Positions 14,428 through 27,009 of a stretch of 64,000 bases of DNA are shown here, piece by piece (position 1 is the first letter of the stretch; each line of letters begins with the position of its first letter). The notes beneath the pieces are model-generated. The model was not told the DNA's origin. It did no database searches and saw only the letters and a list, made by a program, of their open reading frames with translations. The DNA is from Octopus bimaculoides (lineage: Eukaryota), in assembly GCF_001194135.2 (NCBI RefSeq), contig NC_069005.1, positions 902,194 through 966,193 of the forward strand. The letters are read 5' to 3'. The position numbers and the translations under genes were made by a program.

Positions 14428-14647
14428 CCAATGCCACTAAATGCCCTTCCTAATGCCAACCACTTTACAACATGTACTGGGTGCTTTTTTTTTTTTGTGG
14501 CACTAGCACTTGTGAAGTCACTGTGCAACTTGCTGGACTATAAACCCTGTTGGGAGTAGTTTTACACAAGGAGATGGGTTAAAGTATGAGTGAAGGGGCC
14601 AGTGCCGACAGAGGAGCAGCATGAAACATAAAGAGGTTGGGTGGTAA

Positions 14648-15066
14648 ATGTGTGGTTTAGAAGTTTGCTTCTGGGCCACATGATTTGGGATTCAGTTTCT
14701 CTGCATGACACCTTGGGTAAGTGTCTTCTACTATAGCCCTGTGCTGGCCAAAGTTCTGTGAGTGGATTTGGTAGATGGAAACTGAAAGAAGATCATTGTG
14801 TGTGTGTGTGTTTTTACCTCCTTGTCTTGACATTGTGTGATAGTTGTAAACAAGTGTCACCATCGTACAAGCATTACCCTTCATTTTCAGTTTTCTGTGA
14901 AAAAGTGCTTGGCCATGTATGAATATTATTTTACATGGAAACAGGTGAGGGTTGCTGACGGAAGGGCATCTGACTGTACAAAACCTGCCTCGACAAATTC
15001 TGACTCATGCAAACATGGAAAAAAGGACCCTTAAATGATGATAATGATGATGAAGATGATGATGAC
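14648..15066 (+). mobile_element. SINE family B tRNA-like head with a body ending in (GAT)n
   Basis: gtggtttagaagtttgcttc..caccttgggtaagtgtcttctactatagcc..gtggatttggtagatggaaactgaaagaag, then (TG)n, a body and a GAT tail. A similar composite lies at 30168-30540. Confidence 0.7.
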
Positions 15067-15659
15067 GGTGGTGGTGCTACTGCTGCAGTTGTCATCCTCA
15101 CCCTATTGTTACTTAGAGTTTGCTATTCAACAAAATATCTGAAAAACTTTTTAAAAGTGTGAAGTACATTTTTGAAGCTATGCACCCCACCAAATAGGGT
15201 AATCCAAAGGAATAATAATAAGGTTAGGCAGAAATTCACTTGTGAAATGTAAACAAGAGGAAATTGCTTCGAGGTAGATGGCAAATCTACATTGTACAAT
15301 GGATCAGCTGTTGGACTGCTTACAGTTGTGAATTTAAATCCCATCAAGTTTACTCTTGCACAGGTAACATATTTGAATAAGCATTGTATGTAAACATTCT
15401 TTGTCTTGTTATGGAAATGGTCTTGAATTAAAGTTAATGAGGACAAAATATCAGAAATTAGATTATTGTAATTTCAAGTCTTCTCTCTCTTTGCTCTCTA
15501 AATTCAGTGTCAAATACATTATGTACATGAAATTAATTACAGAACAGGTTAATGATAAGCAGTGACCAGCATCTAATTATTTCTTTTACAATACAGTGTG
15601 TGTGTGTCAGTGTATGCATTCGTAGACTATTTTAGGATTAGAACAGAGTACAAAATATT

Positions 15660-15872
15660 CTTTTCTACTCTAGGCACAAGGCCCAAAATATTTGGGGAGG
15701 GGGCCAATCGATTACATTGACCCCAGTACGCAACTGGTACTTAATTTATCGACCCTGAAAGATGAAAGGCAAAGTCAACCTCAGCAGAATTTGAACTCAG
15801 AACGTAACGGCAGACGAAATACCGCTAAGCACTTCGCCCGGCGCTCTAACGACTCTGCCAGTTTGCTGCCTC
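15660..15872 (-). mobile_element. SINE family A, full-length copy with 17-bp TSD
   Basis: Flanked by exact ACAGAGTACAAAATATT at 15643-15659 and 15873-15889; several CpGs retained. Confidence 0.9.
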
Positions 15873-16299
15873 ACAGAGTACAAAATATTGTATGTTTGGT
15901 TGTGAAAGTCATAGAGAGGCAATTACAATACTCTAGAAATGTCTTCAGAAGAGAGAAGGACTCTTATTTGGCATGATAGTGACAAATGAAGTTGTTTAAG
16001 TCAGAATTTGCTGAACAGTTTGAGGGGAACTTTTCAAGGGGAACCCTTTTGATACCAACCTGCCAGAGACTACCTCTGTTCCACGATACATATTTCTTGT
16101 TTTAGCATTTTGGTACCAACCCACCCGTGGCTACCCTAGTTCCATGATATAAATTGTTTTAAAGAAATCTAAATTAAAACCTTCCGTCATAATTTGATAT
16201 TAATTTATGTTCCAAAAACTGGCTTAATAATATGGCATAATTATTTAACCTTTCATCCTCTGCTACAAGTTCCCTCCTCAAATGCCCCTGCCCCTCTTA

Positions 16300-16625
16300 T
16301 AATCCTTTGTCTTGCGAGTTACTAGGTAACCCTGCTAGTGCTGGTGCCATGCAAAAAGCACCCCAGTCCACACTGGGTTGGCATTTGGAAGGGTATCCAG
16401 CTGTAAAAACCATGCCAAAACTGACCTCACCTGTGCTAACACCACATAAAAAGAACCGAGCCCTCTCTAGTGAGGGGTTGGTGTTAGGAAGCGCATCCAG
16501 CCATGGAAACCCTGCCGAAACAGACACAGTAGCCTGGGGTAGCTTTTCTACTTGGCCAGCTCCTGTGAACCATCCTACCCATGCATGCATGGAAGATGGA
16601 CATTAAATGGTGATGATGACAATGA
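16300..16625 (+). mobile_element. Family C (RTE-like 3' end) copy with GAT tail
   Basis: ggaagggtatccagctgtaaaaacc..acccatgcatgcatggaagatggacattaaatggtgatgatg. Confidence 0.7.
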
Positions 16626-18634
16626 TATATATATATATATGTGTATTTAAAGAAAGGTGAAAATAAAACTTTAATACAAAAGCAGAGAATAAATTGAAAG
16701 CTCCATACAAAAATGAGGCTATTCAGAGAATATTGCTCAAATGGTTTTGTCTTCCTGTTGACGTATCCATTGAGTGTAGCAACTGAAGATTATGCTGCAG
16801 CGCATCAATGATGTATTATTCGTTTCTGTTGTCATTGATAACATTTCATCTGCCATATTTACTTAGGATGTTGAGTGATGGAAGCTTTCAGCTATTGTCG
16901 GCTAATTTTATTTTTAATGTAATGCATTGTTGAGGTGCGCTATAATAATTACAAGCCTTTAATTGCTTTTAGTATTTCAAGGTTGGTTTGTTCATTGTCT
17001 CATTCTTATCATTATCATCATTATTATTATCATCATTATTATTATTATTATTATTATTATTAATAGTAGTAGTATTATTGTTGTTATTCATGTTTCAAGA
17101 CATATCACTGTTCTATCATTTATTTAGCTATATCGTCCTCGCTGCTTGCACTTTCATGTCTTATCTTTTACTTGTTTCAGTAATTGTGCTGTGGCCATGC
17201 TGGTACACCAAATTGAAGTCGGATATTTTTAGTCAAACAAATTAACCCCCGTTACTTATTCTATCAGTCTCTTTTACCAAACATCTAAGTTACAAGAATG
17301 TAGACAAACTTACATCAATTATCAAATAGTGGTGGGGAAGCGCAAACACAGGTGTAAAGACACATACACATATCATGATCATCATCATCATCATCATTGT
17401 TTTAATATCCACATTCATATGCTTGCATGGGTCAGAGAATTTGTTGAGATAGCTTTTGCACCAGTAATTGTAAAAAAATATTTCAAGATAACCAATTCAT
17501 AATCCACCTAAGGCTAGGATTTTTTAAAAAATATACCTTGACCTAATTGAAGGTCTAGTATTCCCAATTTGAACTTTAAACCTAGAGTGAGGATAGGGTC
17601 AACCTCATAGCTGTTTTTATAGCCATTTCAGGTTTCCAAATCTTCCTCTCACATTCTTTGCACTCAAAAACTATAGTAACCAAACAATAATATGATACTA
17701 GCCAAACCTACACAAACTTAGTTCACTTCAAACCACATCAGTGGATGGACCTTTACTGAAATTGCATAGACTAATTAATTAACCAGTTGAAAGTAATTGG
17801 ATGCAAATGCAATTGCTTCTTGTCTATGCAGCAGAAACGTGTGTCGGACAAATTTAAACCAAATCGTCATTGTTATCATTATCGTTTAACATTTGCTTTC
17901 CAATTAAAAAGCTAAAAATTAAAAATAAGCAGACGTACTCATCTCCATAATTGTCATATATATATATAACGGGCATATTTCAGTCTCCATCTGCCAAATT
18001 CACTCCCAAGGCATTGGTTGGCTCTGATTCAGAGTAGAAAATACTTGCCCAGGTGCCATGCTTTGGGGCTAAACCTAAAACCTCCTGGTCACAAAGCTAG
18101 CTCCTTAACCACACTGCCATCATCAGTGTCTCTCTATCTGAACTATTGTTGATGTAAATTTGTCTGTTTTATTGTTTGTTGTTATTGTTGTTTAGCCCTG
18201 GGTCAAACTCTAATCAAGCAAAACCATAATCAAAGCCTTTCCTACCCTTGATGTCTTCTCTTTTTAAGTGTATCTATCCCTTTACTTATTTAAGATGATA
18301 CAGAGACTTGGTTGCTATTTTTAACAGGTCAAGTACTAGTTAGAGGCTTCTCCACTGTATTATTATGCTACTAATTGTTCAAGTCCTTTTTAGTTTTAAC
18401 TTATAAATAAATATTCGTTGTTATGTCTCTCACGTAATTTACTGAAAACATCACCTCTTGCTTTATTTTAAACACCAAATGTTTCTTTTCAAATTGTCCT
18501 ATTAACATGCATCATTGTCAAATATCTGACCTTTTCAAAGCTAGTTTTACACTTCATAACTATCTTGATATGTTGGTCACATCCTGACTATTTGCTGCAG
18601 ACTACATTCACTGAAATATATGCAAAATACATTA

Positions 18635-18691
<57 letters not shown>

Positions 18692-20639
18692 NNNNNNNNN
18701 NNNNNNNNNNNNNNNNNNNNNNNNNNNNNNNNNNNNNNNNNNNNNNNNNNNNNNNNNNNNNNNNNNNNNNNNNNNNNNNNNNNNNNNNNNNNNNNNNNNN
18801 NNNNNNNNNNNNNNNNNNNNNNNNNNNNNNNNNNNNNNNNNNNNNNNNNNNNNNNNNNNNNNNNNNNNNNNNNNNNNNNNNNNNNNNNNNNNNNNNNNNN
18901 NNNNNNNNNNNNNNNNNNNNNNNNNNNNNNNNNNNNNNNNNNNNNNNNNNNNNNNNNNNNNNNNNNNNNNNNNNNNNNNNNNNNNNNNNNNNNNNNNNNN
19001 NNNNNNNNNNNNNNNNNNNNNNNNNNNATCTATCATCTCATCTTCCTGCACAACATATATAATCGTTCACAATATCTTTAAAAATCCACTTAGAAATAAT
19101 TATTTCTTGCAAAACATTTTCAGTTTCAAAAGATAAGTAAAATAAAATGAAAATATCCTCCAATTTTTACATTTAGTTTCGTTTCAGATAAAAATCATTA
19201 GATTTTCAAATTTTGTTCCATGTTAGAAAAAAATCGTAATTTGTTTTACCCAAATAGGAAAAATTCAAACACCTTGTTCAGTTTTTTTTTAAAAATTTTT
19301 CTTCAGTTTCATATTTCAAAACTAATAAGACAGAGGATGAATCAGAAATACTTAAAAAATGTTAACTAAAATTTTAATTTGAACTAAAATTCAATAAAAC
19401 TCAAAATTCACATTTGATTCAATGAAAAATTCCAGGTTTTCTACTTTTATTAAATTCTAATTTACCACAAATTTCTCAAAAATGCATCGTATGTTTATGA
19501 AAATATGAATTTAAAAAAAACTAAAAATCCATATAATTTGATCTAAATTCCCTCCTAGTTTTGGTTTTTAACCATTTTGAGATTGTTAAAACAAGCAGCT
19601 GTAGAATAACTGCAAAAGTTCATTCAACTACTCGTGTAGTTTTAATCTTAAAGGTTTATCATCATCACTGTTTTAATGTCCACTTTCCATGCTTACATGG
19701 ATGAGACACGAGTTTATTGGGGCAAATATTCTACAGTGGGATGCTCTTCCTGTTGTCCACCCTCCCTTATTTCTAAGTAAGGTAATATTTCCTCTTGGCT
19801 ACATATGTTTCCATTGCTTGTATGAAAGTGACAGTCATTTACTTTACAACTATTACGTGGTGTCAAGACAAGGAGACATAAACGCACACAAACTCACTCT
19901 CATACTCACAATATATACATACAAAGATCTATCTATCAATCTATCCACATACACACACATACATACATGCACCTATTTATAAACACACACACACATATAT
20001 GTATATATGTATATATACAATCACACACACACACACACTCACACACACACACAATGGGTTTCTTTCCCTTTCTGCTGACCAAATTCATTCATAAGGCTTT
20101 GATCTGCCTGGTGTTATAATAGAAGACACCTGTCCAAGGTGCCATGCAACAGGACTGAACTCAAAACCAAGCAGTTGAGAAGCAGACCTCTTAACAACCC
20201 AACCATTCAGTCGTCTCTTTTCAATCATAACCAGTTGGAAGAATTTATCACTCACCAAAAAAAAAAAAAAAAAGACCTGTGATTTTTAACAAATGGAGAG
20301 AATATAACTTAATATAACTTAATATTTTCATCTTCAAAATAACTATCAGATGGTTTGCTGGTGTATCAAGTATATGATGTGATAATATTTCACCACCTTT
20401 AAGTTGAGAAAACAGTACAATTTAAAAAAATTCTCAGTTTCTTGAAAGAGTCACTAAAAATTGTTACAATTTCTTTTTGTTTTCTCTCTACAGTAAATTT
20501 CAATTCACAAAGAACTTGTTTTCACACATCATTCGATGTATCAATATCTCTGATTTACAAATTCATAGCAAGAGGTAGTTGTACAACTCCATAAGCAAAC
20601 AGTAATAACCAGTTGTTGAGACTTAGGAGTGGTCACCCA

Positions 20640-21260
20640 AAATAGTGATTGAAGATATACTGACAGGCTTATATAATGTTCAGATAATTACATGCCACTT
20701 ATGAGCCCCATTTGACTCATATCATCTCCTACACTCCCTGTTTTAGTTCTAATTATTTCATGAGCTGACTCACATAATTTCTGAAAATAACTTTTAATCT
20801 ATTCAGTCAGATTTTGATGTTGTAATAAAAACTCAACCCTAATAGCAACAACAATTTCTTTTGGGGCTTTTGGTGATAAATGAAAGACATTATCACTGAT
20901 CTTGTGCTCCTAAAATTCATTTCTTCAATTTTCAGGGCCTCACCATAATAGAAACTTTTCAGATGGCCATTGTACATGGTTTTGATAAAGACAAACTCCT
21001 TTATGTGGTTTTTATTGTTAGTATTCAAAAGTAATTTTGTCTTTCTTTCTTGTTAAAGCTAGGGAGTATCACTGTCAAGTTTCTATGATACCTGGGTCAT
21101 CGAGTGGAAGTTTGTTGTTATCAACAGTGTCATTGTGGTTTTGTACTGAGTTTATCCAAGTAAATCTGTTGGCAAACACAATTCTTTATGTCCAGAAGCT
21201 TTATTTAACTGAATAGCCAAGCTCCTTGACTTCAAACTGGCAACCTTCTTACATAATAGC
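20640..21260 (-). mobile_element. Highly degenerate coding relic, possibly RTE-type LINE endonuclease region
   Basis: Interrupted frames QYKTT..LLITTNF, RSTRSV, ISDNVF and YFQKLCESAHEIIRTKT are loosely collinear with the RTE APE region as I remember it. Many stops. Confidence 0.25.
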
Positions 21261-21879
21261 AATCGTGTATAAGCATGTAAAACACATGCAGCATTGCAAT
21301 AATATTAGCAGAGCTATAATATATTAATTGGACAGTGAGTAAAAACTGGAGCAGATATTTCAAGAAGGGGGGGGGGGAAACAGGTGAATGAAATATGAAC
21401 GGATGATACAAGAACTTAAAAACTAAAACAAAAAAATGGGACAAATGAATTAGATATAATTAGGGCTAGATTAATTAGTTACAATATAATTGATAAATCA
21501 GGAGGATTTGTATATTTATTTTGTTTTCCATTTGAATTACACATTACAAAAATATTCGAATTAGTCTCCTTCATCGAATATTGTCAGTGTTGCAGGTTTT
21601 CTCTCAGTTTCCCTCTCCTAGACAGATGTGATAACAACAGAGGAGCCTTCCAAATAACAACAGAGGATACTTCCAAATCCACTCACAAATCTTTGATTGA
21701 CCTGAGATTATAGTAGAAGACACTTGCCCTAGATGCCACATAGTGAGACTGAACCTGAGACCATGTAGCTGTGTGTGTTCAGTAGAGGAGTCTGGTGGTT
21801 TGGGTCAGTACTTGAACATTAACATTATCCTTTAGGATGTTAACGAAAAATAGGATAAGTAATTTTTTAAAATAATGGT

Positions 21880-22090
21880 TTCACACTTTGTCACAGGGCC
21901 AGCAATTTGGAGGAGAGTGTAAGTTGATTACATCAACCACAGTACTTGACTGGTCCTTAATCTATCGACGCAAAAAGGATGAAAGGCAAAGTCAACCTTG
22001 GTAGAATTTGAGTTCAGAAAGCAAAGACAGACAAAATGCTGCTAAGTGGTTTTGTCAGGCAGGCTAATGGTTCTGCCAGTTTGCCATCTT
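21880..22090 (-). mobile_element. SINE family A copy
   Basis: aaggatgaaaggcaaagtcaaccttggtagaatttgagttcag..ctgccagtttgcc. Confidence 0.78.
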
Positions 22091-22919
22091 CAATTTTATA
22101 AAATAATAATTAAATATAGATTTTCTTTATAATTTTAACATTTTCTCTTTGGTGTTTATTTGATAATTGTTCTTGTTATTTTCTTTTTTTTTTATAATGG
22201 CTGAAAATATAAACACCCGAAATAATTCAACACTATAGACTTCTTTTTGCTTTCATATTGGCACTTCTCTTTCTGAAATTTGCAATAATTGAAGAAAGAC
22301 ATCTACTGTAGTAAATATTTTGGGATATAATGGGATTGTCCCTTTCGGTAGGTTTTGGTTCCTATATTATGTAGTATCTGAAAATTGAAACCAAAATTAA
22401 TTTATTTATGAAAGGAAACACAAATTTATAATAAGTTTATGGGAATGCATTGATTTCAAATTATTATCTATGGCCTTTGCCTCAGTCTGCTTGTATGTCA
22501 AGTAGGCTCCACTTTTTATGATTTAGCTATTAATAAGAGAAAGGGTGTCCAGCTATAAATCAACTGTTCCATCCATATGCCAATTTGGAAAACTACTCCA
22601 TCAATGCAAGAATGTGGAATAACTGAACTCCAAGCACCTCTGCCCTTCCCATTCCTACCCATCTCAGACCTCTCTGACATCCACCCTAACACCTTATCAC
22701 CAATGTCATTATCCCTTTCCAGCTACACCACCCACACACTCACTTCTAAACTGTAAGGTAGTCACATAGCTATATGACTAAAGCAAGAAACCTCTTCTGT
22801 TCTGGCTCTTTTCCCTTTTATTTTGCCCCCCCCCCCCGTCTCTCATTTGTTTTCCTTCACCTACATACAGCTATGTTATTTTTCATATCTGTAGTCTCTC
22901 TGATTTATCTCATTTTGAC

Positions 22920-23085
22920 GGGAAATACAGAGAATTTGGAATTACTATAATAAAGCTGATATTATACCAACAAGAGACTAGGAACAATGGCAAAAATATT
23001 TGAAGGTTGGTTGAAGATATTGGGTATTGAGGAAATTTGTTTGTTTGGCACAGCAAGAACCATTAAGAAAAACACTACATTTGTG
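22920..23085 (+). mobile_element. Degenerate R4/Dong-like RLE C-terminal fragment
   Basis: Reads EIQRIWNYYNKADIIP, then after a frameshift GTMAKIFEGWLKILGIEEICLFGTARTIKK. Confidence 0.55.
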
Positions 23086-24443
23086 GGATGTAGCCCAATA
23101 TTTATCTATCCCATTCCAACTGGACAACAACGAGATGCTTAGTGAAAAATTAAAAAACATAAAGGATAATAATAATATTTATAATTGTGTGGTCCTGGAT
23201 GGGTTCAGCAGTGTGGATGAAACCTTCAGATCAGTGGCCATTTATGCTCTGATTGGGGGAGAGCAGTAGAGCAGCCAGTCATCTTCAGCAGTTTAGAAGC
23301 ATTATGGATTCTACTAATTCGTGTTAATAGGCTATTGGAAGGGCATCTTGGACACACACTCTGATTATGTAGGAGTAACTGATAATATCAAATACAGTTT
23401 CATTCAAGTGTAATAATTGAATTAGACTATCAGACTCCCTATGTCTAAATTTTTAACAGATTATTACTAGTCCTTACAGAATGATTTTTACATTGCTAAA
23501 TTTATATTTTTTGTCTTATTATAAGTGCAGCCATTTGTATAACTTAGTCCCTATTTTTTATTGTTTTTATTTATTTTTTGTTTGGTGCTGCAATTTTCTG
23601 TATGTATGAAAAGGTAATCAAATTAAGATTGAACTCTCACACCATTATTTTACACAAACTTCTAAGCTCATCCTTTAAACCAGTGATTCTCAACCAGCAG
23701 TGCTGGGCCATGGATCACTTCATACTGAGCCAAATAGAAAGAAGAAGCTTTAAATTTTATCTTTATTTTATTGGTTATGAAAGTCTGCAGGAAGTTTTTG
23801 CATTTTATATGTATTACATATATAATAATTAAATTATATATTATTGTGTTTTGTTGTGCATGTGATCCCCCACCGCACCCCTAAGTCCCTAGAGAAAGTC
23901 TGTGATGCCAAAAACGCTGAGGATCAGTGCTTTGAGTCATAGTTTCACAGCACGTTTCTACCCACTGGGCTGTAAACCCAAGCAAGAGCAATTTTGTATC
24001 AATTTAGGTTAGATTTAAAGCTAACGTTTGCAACCAGGGAAAATCTTTCATAACTATTTGTTCATATTTATCTCAGAATATATATTTCCACACTGATATA
24101 AGTATTTTGGGTTGCCTAAAGTAACTTGCGTTGTTTCGTTTTGAACTCTAACTACCATATTTAAATTCATTTTCAGTCATGGAATCCATATTTAACCAAA
24201 CTTAGTATCAGGAATATCACTTATTACTCGTTTACTGAGATACAATATTTGTTTTCTGTGATTTCTACTCTGGTTCTCTCAACAATTTCAACTCATGGTG
24301 TCACAGGATTTCTACTTTCGTATCAAAATATTTCTTCTGCCATTCATAACTTTGGTGTTTCCTCTTCAATTAGATTTTTTTTCAGTGTTCTATGATTCCA
24401 GTTTCTTTGTAAACCTTATCAAGTTGTGAGATAGTCATTTGGT

Positions 24444-24477
<34 letters not shown>

Positions 24478-25799
24478 GGATGACACAAATTCATGAAGCA
24501 TTTCATATTTCACTGATGGTGCCCCAGCATGGTCACAGCCTTTGGGCTGAAATGCATTAAAAGAATAAAAGAATATCCCAAGTAGGTTTGACTCTAATGA
24601 GACATATGTGTGAACTGCTGCTACCCAACATTGTTCTGATGTTATGTAATACAAGTTTGCGAGTTCACTTCAAGCCATTTTTTTTTTTTCAATAGCGTAG
24701 CCATAGATGGAAGGCTGAGGTCAATGACTCTTTTATCAAAGCCCCTGTAACCAATGGGAGGAAGAAGGAGTAAATTTATCCTCAAACGTCTGTCTGAGTC
24801 TGGATGCTTACAACAGACCAGACTTCAGTAAAGGCACAAAGGCAACAGATTAACTCTGCCTTCCAAGAACAGGATTAGTGCTTCCAACAGATTTGCACAC
24901 AGCTTCCAAATTTCAGTTCCAGGATTTTTTAGTCATTTGAAAATACAATAGAGGACATTTGTCCAATATGGCATACTGAGATCAAACCCAAAGTCAAGTA
25001 GTTATAAGTTACTTTCCTTAAAAGACGGCCATGCCTGTACACACCTGGACTTTGCTTTATTTGTTTATGTATTCCAGTCCAAAAGCTATGGCCATGCTGG
25101 GGCACATAGTATTTATTATTGGAAATATAGTACCTGATAATGGATGATTAGGAATTTGTTCAATGCAAACCAGACAAAAAGGAGTTTGGAAAGTCATTTC
25201 GTCAGTGAAATACTACCATTATCTCTTATCTTTTCTACGTCTATAAAAGATCTACTGACCTCATTCTGGTCATTTGGTGTCATGCCACAGTCTTCTTATC
25301 TGCCAAAAATAAATAAAAATTAAAACAAATTAAAGTTTTTTATAAAAAATCATTGGTCAATGCTCACCAAGAACTTAGTTGCAGAACCCTAGATCGATAT
25401 ACCAGTATTTGAAAGTGTAACACCTTTGGGTTATAGTGTTGATGTTAGTGGTGGTGGTGGTGGTAAGATTGATATTGTTATTACTACAGTACTTGGGATA
25501 GCTCCAGTCAACTCTTCTTAAGAGGACCCATGGTATTTGACCATTTGACCATCTTATAGCCACCTCATTTCTAATGTAGAGCTCACTGGTCAAAGACGTT
25601 GCTCCTGAAACATGATTCTAGTTTCGAGGCAGTGACAAATTTTCCGATGGAGATTTGGTTACTATTTTGAGCATGTCCAGCAACTATATAGAATCTCCTT
25701 CATTGGCTGTGGCTGGTGGTGATGGTGGTGGTGGTGATTGGGGGTGGGGTGATTATGATGATGAAGTTGATGGTGGAGATGGTGGTGGCAGTGAGGGGA

Positions 25800-25810
25800 T
25801 TAATTTTTAA
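25800..25810 (-). CDS. Possible terminal coding exon of the nested gene (adds V-K-N-stop)
   Basis: Strong minus-strand acceptor tttgtctttggaatttttgtctatttgacag. A phase-1 join to the donor at 26229 gives GTT AAA AAT TAA. Confidence 0.35.
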
Positions 25811-26211
25811 CTGTCAAATAGACAAAAATTCCAAAGACAAATAATACGCAACCTCACAGTACAGTCATGTAAGCACAAGTAACAGTGCATTCTGGGTAGC
25901 TGAGGATTGTGGGTGGTCACTGGAGCACATTTTTACAGCCACCTCATGTTATTACACATCAATCTGTGATATGTGTAACATGGTTCACAATCAAATATAC
26001 TGTGTCATCTAAAATCAGTGATGAATGAATCAGTGATAAACGAGACCACATGTATTTGTTTTATTAATTCCAGAAAGATGACAGGTAAAATCAATCCAGA
26101 TGACATTTGAACTGAAATATTTAAAGAGATTTATCTACATAATCACATACGTTTTGTCAAGCACTTCCCAAAATCTTTCATCTTATATAACCATCACCAG
26201 ATTATATAGCT

Positions 26212-27009
26212 TTAACATGTATACCTACCTCTAGCACAGCATCTGTAGAATTTAGACAGTCTTGTAACTGGTTTGGATTTCTTCTCTGGTGGTTTAGAAA
26301 TGGGCATATTTGCAAGCTTGTCAAAGGTAGTATCGTATTTTTTGGAACTTAGGAAAATGACTGGTCGATATTCTTCCAGTTGTTTATCCTTTCGTGAGTG
26401 CTGTTCAAAATGATCAATGTATTCAACTGCCATGTTTTCTATAAGTACACAAGGTACCCTTGGAATATTGAAGGTTATTAATTCCTTTTGATCTGGCCTC
26501 CGAAGGGCAAAAGGCTCATGTAACACTGGTCCAATTTCAAGGCTTAAAGGTTGTGCAAGTGGGAGGTGTAACATAATCTCCTGCTGTGCACTCAAAAGTC
26601 TAGCTCGTGGTTCACTTTGTTGATAAAAATACCTCTTCTTTATGACCCCACTTTTCCCTTCAGCTGTTGTTATCATCTTGCTTTCACTTGCCACAAACTC
26701 TCCAGGTTTCACTATTGATATGTTATAACTTATTTCTTCTTTGGGGGCAAGACTTTTGCCATTAGAAGGATTTTGTTGGCAGAATTTACTTCTGGTAATT
26801 GTTTTTTCCTTTAGTATGTCACTTTCCATCATATTTCTAAACTGTTGAGTACAAATATATGTAACTGTCTGATCTGGTTGAATTTCTCTGTCTAACGGCC
26901 TATTCTGTTGATAATAAATTCCCTTTCTTTCTTCATTTATTTCAACAGCTTTTGTTGCATTCTGATAGATGACATCAAGGGATATCTCAGATTCATATAT
27001 GTCATCCAT
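26212..27009 (-). CDS. Uncharacterised 265-aa protein; candidate nested antisense gene inside intron 8499-43057
   Basis: 798-nt open frame MDDIYESEISLDV...KFYRCCARGRYTC* with non-repetitive composition in very AT-rich DNA. A minus-strand acceptor (T)13gatag lies 4 nt before the ATG (exon start 27013). A possible donor AGAG|gtaggt follows 26229. Confidence 0.72.
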   Translation of the reverse strand: MDDIYESEISLDVIYQNATKAVEINEERKGIYYQQNRPLDREIQPDQTVTYICTQQFRNMMESDILKEKTITRSKFCQQNPSNGKSLAPKEEISYNISIVKPGEFVASESKMITTAEGKSGVIKKRYFYQQSEPRARLLSAQQEIMLHLPLAQPLSLEIGPVLHEPFALRRPDQKELITFNIPRVPCVLIENMAVEYIDHFEQHSRKDKQLEEYRPVIFLSSKKYDTTFDKLANMPISKPPEKKSKPVTRLSKFYRCCARGRYTC

